IMG/VR virus record: IMGVR_UViG_2660238360_000005
Reading direction: 5' to 3' (one strand)
From: a virus
Taxonomy: Duplodnaviria > Heunggongvirae > Uroviricota > Caudoviricetes
DNA length: 12,652 nucleotides
Positions 7,429 to 12,652 of the stretch are shown here, one piece after another (position 1 is the stretch's first letter; each line of letters opens with the position of its first letter). The notes below the pieces were generated by a model. That model saw only the letters and a program-made list of their open reading frames with translations. It made no database searches and was not told where the DNA came from. Position numbers and translations under genes: made by a program.

Positions 7429-8499
7429 ATGGCTAACGCCTGGCTCAGATTATGGCATGACATGCCAAATGACCCTAAGTGGCGAACAATTGCCAGGGTG
7501 TCAGGGCAGCCAATTGCAACAGTGATGGCAGTGTATATCCACCTCCTGGTGAGCGCGTCACGAAATGTCACGCGAGGTCACATTGATGTCACGACAGAAG
7601 ATTTGGCAAGTGCGCTCGACGTGACAGAAGAGGTAATTGATTCAATTTTGCAGACGATGCAGGGGCGGGTACTTGATGGTGATTTAATCACTGGATGGGA
7701 AAAACGCCAGGTGCTGAAAGAGGACAACGGCAATATTTCGCAAACCGCAAAATCTCCGGCAGAGCGCAAGAGGGCGCAGCGAGAGAGGGAAAGAAAGCGG
7801 GAACAAAATGGCGATTGTCACGGCGCGTCACGAAATGTCACGCACATGTCACGACGAGTCACGACAGATAAAGATACAGATAAAGATACAGATCAAGAAG
7901 ATCAAAACACTATGGTCCATGGCGTAAAAAACGCCACGAACCAGGCAGGGGATGTTCAGACCGTCAATCCTGGTCAGCCAGCAGGCACGACACCGGAAGC
8001 CGATTCAGCGTATGCGCTGAAAGCCGATTCGGGCGCTGTGCAGCAGGTGATGACCCCAAGGCCGGAGCAATCACACCAACTGCAGCAGCCTGAAGCCGAT
8101 TCCGCCATTCAGCGGGAAGCCGATCGGGTAGTCCCGGAAAACACCGGGCTGTCTGTGGGACGAGTGGATTATCCGGATGTGTTCGAACAGGTCTGGCGGG
8201 AGTACCCGTTGCGTGCCGGAGCAAACCCGAAGAAATCCGCTTTCAGTGCCTGGAAGGCCAGATTACGCGAGGGGGTGCCACCAGAGGCCATGCTGGATGG
8301 CGTGAGGCGTTACGCAAGATACTTGGCGGCTACCGGGAAAACGGGAACGGAATTTGTTCAGCGAGCGACGACGTTTTTTGGACCGGACCGGAATTTTGAG
8401 AACCCCTGGTTGCTCCCGGTAAGCGGCACGAACAACCAGCGTTGTGTGAATCATATTTCTGAACCGGATACCGAAATTCCACCGGGCTTCAGGGGGTAA
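7429..8499 (+). CDS. Putative replication initiator (lambda O-like role) with internal origin-like iterons
   Basis: 356 aa from ATG 7429 (GAGG 5 nt upstream). Follows cro/cII-like genes as in lambdoid replication modules. Coding sequence contains two phased iteron arrays plus an A/T-rich tandem repeat. No helicase-loader gene follows. Confidence 0.6.
   Translation: MANAWLRLWHDMPNDPKWRTIARVSGQPIATVMAVYIHLLVSASRNVTRGHIDVTTEDLASALDVTEEVIDSILQTMQGRVLDGDLITGWEKRQVLKEDNGNISQTAKSPAERKRAQRERERKREQNGDCHGASRNVTHMSRRVTTDKDTDKDTDQEDQNTMVHGVKNATNQAGDVQTVNPGQPAGTTPEADSAYALKADSGAVQQVMTPRPEQSHQLQQPEADSAIQREADRVVPENTGLSVGRVDYPDVFEQVWREYPLRAGANPKKSAFSAWKARLREGVPPEAMLDGVRRYARYLAATGKTGTEFVQRATTFFGPDRNFENPWLLPVSGTNNQRCVNHISEPDTEIPPGFRG
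7553..7593. repeat. Iteron array 1 (4 x GTCAC[G/A] at 10-11 bp phasing)
   Basis: GTCACG at 7557, 7567, 7588 and GTCACA at 7577. The 21-mer gcgcgtcacgaaatgtcacgc (7553-7573) recurs exactly at 7823-7843. Confidence 0.6.
7817..7905. repeat. Iteron array 2 (5 x GTCACG) followed by A/T-rich tandem repeat; candidate ori
   Basis: GTCACG at 7817, 7827, 7837, 7848, 7858 (one per helical turn), then tandem 12-mer AGATAAAGATAC x2 (7866-7889) and two GATC sites (7891, 7900). Confidence 0.55.
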
Positions 8500-8539
8500 G
8501 TGTTGATTTCTGGTCATGAGGTAATTTTCAGGAGGGCTT

Positions 8540-8962
8540 GTGGCAAAAGTTTTTACACAAGAAGAGCGAGAAAAAATTAAAGGGCAGGTTGTTGAACTCG
8601 TACGCCAGAGTGGGCGTGAGACGTTACGGCAACTGGAAGTCAAGACAGGTGCGACAAGATATCTGATGAGCGTTCTCGCAAGAGAGCTGGTTGCCAGCGG
8701 CGATGTATACAACTCCGGCTACGGGTTATTCCCCTCTGAACAGGCGCGTAAGGACTGGCAAAACGCCCGCAAAAAACTCTCGAGGGCAAAGGTGAAGAAA
8801 CCTGCTGTGGTTGATCCGGACCTTATCTGGTCATCACCTGACGGAGAAATACGTCGCTACGACAGTCGCCTAAACATAATCTGTCGCGAGTGCCGGAAGA
8901 GTGAAGCTATGCAGCGTGTACTGGCTTTCTATCAGGGTAATTTTCAGGAGGCGGTACTGTGA
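8540..8962 (+). CDS. Hypothetical protein (140 aa)
   Basis: GTG start at 8540 preceded by GGAGG (8531-8535); no family recognised. A 16-bp copy of its own RBS region is repeated at its 3' end. Confidence 0.55.
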   Translation: MAKVFTQEEREKIKGQVVELVRQSGRETLRQLEVKTGATRYLMSVLARELVASGDVYNSGYGLFPSEQARKDWQNARKKLSRAKVKKPAVVDPDLIWSSPDGEIRRYDSRLNIICRECRKSEAMQRVLAFYQGNFQEAVL

Positions 8963-9019
8963 GTGAAATTAGCTATCAGGCTTCAATTACCGCTGGCATT
9001 CGCATCAAAGGAGAGGAGC

Positions 9020-9376
9020 ATGGAAATAAAACCAGAGGATGAGTTAAGCAATATCGTTTTATTTCCGGTAAAAGAGGATGACCCTCGTAATCAGGTTAAT
9101 TTTCTTTATGAGCCATCGGAAAGACCATATTGTCATCACGCCTCTGTCCGGGTTGACGAAAAAGAGCGTCAGGTCCGCTGTAAAATCTGCGGTGCAGTTG
9201 TGGAGCCATTTGACTGGATGCTCTCTGTGGCGAAAAGAGAAACCAGACTGGCAGATGATGTAAGGCTCTTGCGTCAGGAGGAGCGGGAAAGGCGAAAAAA
9301 TATAGAAAAGCTAATTCAGATTGAGCGTAACGCGAAAGCGCGGATACGCAGGGCGACAAAATCCAGAACTGAATAA
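9020..9376 (+). CDS. Hypothetical protein (118 aa) with Cys/His cluster and basic C-terminal region
   Basis: ATG at 9020 with AAGGAG 6 nt upstream. Contains ..PYCHH..(13)..CKICG.. (possible zinc site) and a predicted basic helical C-terminus. The N-terminal extension in the ORF track (GTG 8963) has no RBS. Confidence 0.55.
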   Translation: MEIKPEDELSNIVLFPVKEDDPRNQVNFLYEPSERPYCHHASVRVDEKERQVRCKICGAVVEPFDWMLSVAKRETRLADDVRLLRQEERERRKNIEKLIQIERNAKARIRRATKSRTE

Positions 9377-9469
9377 TTAAATTTAGCTCTGTTAAAAATT
9401 TAATCCTTAACCGGAGGGATTTCTGCACCCTCAGAACATCAGGAGGCCGCCCGAAAGGGCGGTAGTTAA

Positions 9470-9652
9470 ATGCGAAAGTTTAAAATAATTATTGAAACGG
9501 GAATAGCCGGTGGAGATTTCGAGGATGAATTCGAAGTGGATGATGATGCGACGCCTGATGAAATACATGACGAAGCAAAAGATATTTTCTTTAACTACTG
9601 CAATTACTCATATCACGAAATAAAAGACGAAGAGGAAGAACAAAATGGCTGA
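9470..9652 (+). CDS. Hypothetical strongly acidic small protein (60 aa)
   Basis: MRKFKIIIETGIAGGDFEDEFEVDDDATPDEIHDEAKDIFFNYCNYSYHEIKDEEEEQNG, about 22 acidic versus 6 basic residues. Stop overlaps the next start (ATGgcTGA). Confidence 0.55.
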   Translation: MRKFKIIIETGIAGGDFEDEFEVDDDATPDEIHDEAKDIFFNYCNYSYHEIKDEEEEQNG

Positions 9653-9821
9653 TTTTGGTTCAACTAAATACAACGTCAGTTTTGAAGAATGGCATGAACT
9701 GTTAATGGACTATGCAGAGTTACGTGGTGGCAGTGCTGCTGATGCTGAAGCATGGCGTGATGATTATGAAGCAGGAAAAACTCCGGTCGAAGCATATTGT
9801 GATGAGTGGGGCGATGAATGA
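9645..9821 (+). CDS. Hypothetical strongly acidic small protein (58 aa)
   Basis: Not in the ORF track. MADFGSTKYNVSFEEWHELLMDYAELRGGSAADAEAWRDDYEAGKTPVEAYCDEWGDE; coupled at both ends (start overlaps upstream stop; stop overlaps downstream ATG as ATGA at 9818-9821). Confidence 0.5.
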   Translation: MADFGSTKYNVSFEEWHELLMDYAELRGGSAADAEAWRDDYEAGKTPVEAYCDEWGDE

Positions 9822-10134
9822 GCGAGGTTAATTATCAGGAAGGGCATGAAACGGCGGGGCAAGCAAAAACAGTGGCATGGCGATATCGCTACGTGAAAAA
9901 AAAGGCGTTACGGACTTTCAGGGGAAGTAGTGGTCTGGTGACTGGAAATATGTACCGAAAAAAGAGGATTGTAACGACAGGCCGAACTATGAAATTCAGG
10001 CCTTATTCACTGCCCCGCCAGTCCCGGTTACATCAGAAGAACTGGTTAAAGCTGTGCACTTTTATGAACAACTAAAACGCGAAAATCCACCAGCATCCGG
10101 AAACCTGATTACAGATTCCCAGATAAGGCAATGA
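9818..10134 (+). CDS. ORF interrupted by a -1 frameshift (programmed frameshift candidate or disrupted gene)
   Basis: Frame A is open from ATG 9818. The -1 frame is open from 9931 to TGA 10132-10134 with no start codon and encodes a protein-like C-terminus (..PNYEIQALFTAPPVPVTSEELVKAVHFYEQLKRENPPASGNLITDSQIRQ). The frames are linked by an in-frame A_AAA_AAG heptamer (9958-9964). An A8 tract lies upstream (9896-9903). Confidence 0.35.
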
Positions 10135-10304
10135 GCTACCTGGCGCAGAACGGGCTGATAAGTATGGGGAATGTTTTACGATGAATATTTAGACTAAAGA
10201 GTTTGTAACGCTATGTAAGTGATTTTTTCTGGTTTAGATATTTATATGTCCGGCCAAATTGAGGTGTGTTTAAATGTAATTGCACATTGATTGTAGGAGG
10301 AATA

Positions 10305-10484
10305 ATGAAAAACGCATTGCAGTTTTTGTTTGTTGCGTTCTGGTTGTTCGTATCATGTATGCCCATCATCTTCACAGCAAGGTATATGGAAAAAGTTGAT
10401 GTTTTGATATTAATATTTGGATATATAAATGCCCTTTTTTTAGGGGTGTTCATGGCGGTCATGTGCATTGAATACTGGCGGTAA
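10305..10484 (+). CDS. Hypothetical small membrane peptide (59 aa, two predicted transmembrane helices)
   Basis: ATG at 10305 with AGGAGG 4 nt upstream; MKNALQFLFVAFWLFVSCMPIIFTARYMEKVDVLILIFGYINALFLGVFMAVMCIEYWR; conspicuously AT-rich relative to its neighbours; flanked by imperfect direct repeats. Confidence 0.5.
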   Translation: MKNALQFLFVAFWLFVSCMPIIFTARYMEKVDVLILIFGYINALFLGVFMAVMCIEYWR

Positions 10485-10539
10485 ATACAGCGAACGCCAT
10501 TGGTTTAGTTGGATATTTACTGTGCCGGACAAAAACGGT

Positions 10540-10567
10540 TTGCGGGGAAATCTTAGTTAAGTAGAAT
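10540..10567 (+). promoter_or_regulatory. Putative hok mRNA promoter
   Basis: TTGCGG (10540-10545), 16-nt spacer, TAGAAT (10562-10567), placing the start near the gcgggtgcttgagg 5' element (10572-10585). Confidence 0.4.
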
Positions 10568-10624
10568 GACTGCGGGTGCTTGAGGCTATCTGTCTCAGGC
10601 ATGAACACCAAAAGGCAGATAGAG

Positions 10625-10692
10625 AAAAGCCCCAGTTAACATTACGCGTCCTGCAAGACGCTTAACATTAATCTGAGGCCATATCTATGCGA
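10625..10692 (-). ncRNA. sok: Putative Sok-like antisense RNA (boundaries approximate)
   Basis: Minus-strand promoter-like TTGACC (plus 10724-10729), 18-nt spacer, TAATCT (plus 10700-10705) inside the mok-like frame would start an antisense transcript near 10692 covering the mok-like start and leader, as in hok/sok loci. 3' end not defined. Confidence 0.3.
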
Positions 10693-10746
10693 CACATAGA
10701 GATTAGCCTCTTACGGACCGAAAGGTCAAGGAGAAGCAGGCTATGA
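10687..10746 (+). CDS. mok-like short coupling ORF (19 codons)
   Basis: ATG 10687; its TGA stop (10744-10746) overlaps the hok ATG (10743-10745). Much shorter than the mok frame as I recall it from plasmid R1, so the assignment is tentative. Confidence 0.35.
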   Translation: MRHIEISLLRTERSRRSRL

Positions 10747-10898
10747 AGCAGCAAAAGGCGATGTTAATCGCCCTGATCGTCATCTGTTTAACCGTCATAG
10801 TGACGGCACTGGTAACGAGGAAAGACCTCTGCGAGGTACGAATCCGAACCGGCCAGACGGAGGTCGCTGTCTTCACAGCTTACGAACCTGAGGAGTAA
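10743..10898 (+). CDS. hok: Hok/Gef-family type I toxin (51 aa)
   Basis: Not in the ORF track. MKQQKAMLIALIVICLTVIVTALVTRKDLCEVRIRTGQTEVAVFTAYEPEE has one transmembrane helix and the conserved Hok/Gef C-terminal region; AAGGAGAAG SD upstream. From memory it matches chromosomal HokD/RelF closely. Confidence 0.9.
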   Translation: MKQQKAMLIALIVICLTVIVTALVTRKDLCEVRIRTGQTEVAVFTAYEPEE

Positions 10899-10966
10899 GA
10901 GACCTGGCGGGGGAGAAATCCCTCGCCACCTCTGATGTGTCAGGCATCCTCAACGCACCCGCACGT

Positions 10967-10993
10967 AACCCGCTTCGGCGGGTTTTGTTTTTT
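10967..10993 (+). terminator. Rho-independent terminator of the hok transcript
   Basis: Stem AACCCGC / GCGGGTT with ttcg loop, followed by TTTTGTTTTTT. Confidence 0.75.
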
Positions 10994-11065
10994 CCTGGCA
11001 TTCTGGTTTACAATTCGCACGCCAGCCTGAACAACTGGCACCTGCTGCGCCAGCAGAGACAACCG

Positions 11066-11344
11066 ATGGCGCACGATACCAAATTACACAATTCTAATGA
11101 TTCTGCCGTCTTTGCCAGTAGGTGCGGACGGCGTTTTCACGCATTCAAATCAGACTGGTTCCAGCATCCTCCATGCACTGAAGAGCAGGCGGAATGGATA
11201 ATTCAGTGTTACCGCAGGCGCGGATACGAGGTTAAGAAAGCTCTTAGCCTCGACTACCGTCACTGGATAATCTCAGTCAGACTCCCTTACTCCGAACGCC
11301 CACCGCGTTCATCCCGCACATACCAGCAACGGATCTGGAGGTAA
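11066..11344 (+). CDS. Hypothetical protein (92 aa)
   Basis: In-frame ATG at 11066 chosen because the track start (10937) would place the hok terminator inside the gene; weak RBS. Position between hok and the DUF968 gene mirrors rem in Qin (from memory). Confidence 0.5.
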   Translation: MAHDTKLHNSNDSAVFASRCGRRFHAFKSDWFQHPPCTEEQAEWIIQCYRRRGYEVKKALSLDYRHWIISVRLPYSERPPRSSRTYQQRIWR

Positions 11345-11345
11345 C

Positions 11346-12395
11346 GTGCGGGTATTACTTCGACCTGTTCTGGTACCGGAACTCGGGGTGGTGATCGTTA
11401 AGCCGGGCCGTGAATCCATGCCGGTATTCCACAATACCCGGGTACTGGTGGAGCCGGAACCGAAAAGCATGCGTAATCTGCCGTCCGGGGTCGTTCCTGC
11501 CGTTCGCCAGCCGCTGGTGGAAGACAAAACATTGCTGCCGTTTTTCAGTAACGCACGGGTGATTCGTGCTGCTGGTGGTGCTGGTGCATTGTCTGACTGG
11601 CTGTTGCGCCATATTAAATCCTGCCAGTGGCCACACGGCGATTATCACCACAGTGAAACCGTCATTCACCGTTATGGTACCGGCGCAATGGTGTTGTGCT
11701 GGCACTGCGACAACCAGCTGCGTGACCAGACATCCGAATCACTCGAGCAACTTGCTCATCAAAACCTGTCAGCATGGATGATTGACGTCATCGGTCACGC
11801 AATAAGCGGTACGCAGGAGCGTGAATTATCTCTGGCTGAATTATCCTGGTGGGCGGTCCGAAATCAGGTGGCGGATGCGCTACCTGAAGCGGTATTACGT
11901 CGCTCGCTGGGATTACCAGCGGAAAAAATCCGCTCAATGTACCGCGAAAGCGACATCGTACCGGGAGAGCAGACCGCCACCAGCATATTGAAACAGCGCA
12001 CAAAAAATCTTGCACTGTTGCCTCACGCCCACCAGGAACAACACCCACTACAGGAAAGGACGGTGGTAAGCATCACCGTTGATCCTGAGTCTCCGGAATC
12101 TTTCATGAAGCTACCTAAACGTCGCCGCTGGGTTAAGGAGAAATACACTCGCTGGGTGAAGACACAGCCGTGTGCTTGCTGCGGTATGCCAGCCGACGAT
12201 CCGCATCATCTGATTGGTCACGGGCAGGGCGGAATGGGAACCAAAGCACATGATCTTTTTGTGTTGCCTTTATGCAGAAAGCATCACGACGAACTGCATA
12301 CGGATACCGTGGCATTTGAAGAGAAGTATGGCTCCCAACTGGAGCTGATTTTTCGATTTATCGATCACGCGCTGGCAATTGGTGTGCTGGCCTAA
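11346..12395 (+). CDS. DUF968 (YdfU-like) prophage protein with C-terminal Cys/His zinc-binding motif
   Basis: 349 aa; GTG start 4 nt after GGAGG (11337-11341). C-terminus ..QPCACCGMPADDPHHLIGHGQGG..LCRKHHDELH.. is HNH/zinc-finger-like. Size and position before Q match YdfU of Qin-type prophages (from memory). Confidence 0.7.
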   Translation: MRVLLRPVLVPELGVVIVKPGRESMPVFHNTRVLVEPEPKSMRNLPSGVVPAVRQPLVEDKTLLPFFSNARVIRAAGGAGALSDWLLRHIKSCQWPHGDYHHSETVIHRYGTGAMVLCWHCDNQLRDQTSESLEQLAHQNLSAWMIDVIGHAISGTQERELSLAELSWWAVRNQVADALPEAVLRRSLGLPAEKIRSMYRESDIVPGEQTATSILKQRTKNLALLPHAHQEQHPLQERTVVSITVDPESPESFMKLPKRRRWVKEKYTRWVKTQPCACCGMPADDPHHLIGHGQGGMGTKAHDLFVLPLCRKHHDELHTDTVAFEEKYGSQLELIFRFIDHALAIGVLA

Positions 12396-12412
12396 TTTTG
12401 TGGAGTAAGTTG

Positions 12413-12455
12413 ATGCGTGATATTCAGATGGTTCTTGAGCGTTGGGGAGCGTGGG
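12413..12455 (+). CDS. Antitermination protein Q, N-terminal 14 codons only (truncated by scaffold gap)
   Basis: GGAG 7 nt upstream of ATG 12413; MRDIQMVLERWGAW matches the N-terminus of lambdoid Q proteins as I recall them. Sequence runs into the N block at 12456. Confidence 0.6.
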
Positions 12456-12465
12456 NNNNNNNNNN
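12456..12465. other. Assembly gap (10 N)
   Basis: Literal run of n characters; flanking sequences belong to unrelated genes. Confidence 1.
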
Positions 12466-12652
12466 TGAAAATATCGGTACGATATTGACCGAGTGTGACA
12501 ACCTGGTCTGCCGAGTCAGTATTCACTGAACAGGCAGCATTCACCAGTTCGCCTTCAAAGTGAATTGTACCGCCATCTACAACGGCAGCATAACTACCCG
12601 TAGCGGCGAATAGTGCGGCAGCCAGCGCAGACGAAATAAATCTTAATTTCAT
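12466..12652 (-). CDS. Type 1 fimbrial major subunit family protein, 5' fragment (N-terminal 62 codons)
   Basis: ATG at 12652. [59 protein letters not shown] has a signal peptide followed by the conserved FimA-like N-terminal segment (GGTIHF.GE.VNAAC). Truncated by the gap. Confidence 0.75.

Noticed and set aside
7553-7910. Possible CRISPR array
   Set aside because: Repeats are 6-bp cores at 10-bp phasing inside a coding sequence, with no 25-40 bp repeat-spacer structure; they fit replication iterons.
7964-8712. Minus-strand ORFs (86 and 149 aa) overlapping the replication gene
   Set aside because: Antisense to a gene with strong context support; Arg/Pro-rich compositions.
10211-10468. 85-aa minus-strand ORF antisense to the membrane peptide gene
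   Set aside because: No RBS and a translation typical of AT-rich antisense; the plus-strand ORF has a strong SD and coherent transmembrane helices.
10820-10850. tRNA-like T-arm motif (cgaatccgaacc)
   Set aside because: Lies inside the hok coding sequence with no surrounding cloverleaf; no tRNA gene is supported anywhere in the window.
10937-11344. Longer 135-aa version of the ORF downstream of hok
   Set aside because: Would start inside the hok 3' region and contain the rho-independent terminator (10967-10993); the internal ATG at 11066 is used instead.
12392-12652. 86-aa minus-strand ORF reading through the N block
   Set aside because: Frame continuity across Ns is an artefact; only 12466-12652 is real fimbrial coding sequence.

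Overview
This window is the early (integration, immunity, replication) half of a lambdoid, Rac/Qin-like prophage in an enterobacterial, E. coli-like genome. It ends at a 10-N scaffold gap, after which the 5' end of an unrelated fimbrial subunit gene begins. Left to right: integrase and a putative excisionase (minus strand); a large RecE-like protein whose C-terminus carries DEDDh 3'-5' exonuclease motifs; two translationally coupled small genes; a 460-bp GC-rich stretch with no convincing ORF; a leftward operon of three small proteins (51, 42 and 72 aa); a CI-type repressor (HTH plus S24 peptidase) divergent from a Cro/YdaS-like and a CII/YdaT-like gene, with three operator-like sites phased at exactly 23 bp; a replication-initiator-like gene containing two arrays of 10-bp-phased GTCACG iterons; then a cargo region with two strongly acidic small proteins, an ORF broken by a -1 frameshift at an in-frame A_AAA_AAG heptamer, an AT-rich two-helix membrane peptide gene flanked by about 30-bp direct repeats, and a complete hok/sok-type type I toxin-antitoxin locus; finally a DUF968/YdfU-like gene and the first 14 codons of a Q antiterminator. 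I recognise no established multi-gene defence system; the most promising unexplained candidates are the acidic-protein pair, the frameshifted ORF and the repeat-flanked membrane peptide next to hok. All family assignments are from reading the translations and from memory of these families, with no database search run.
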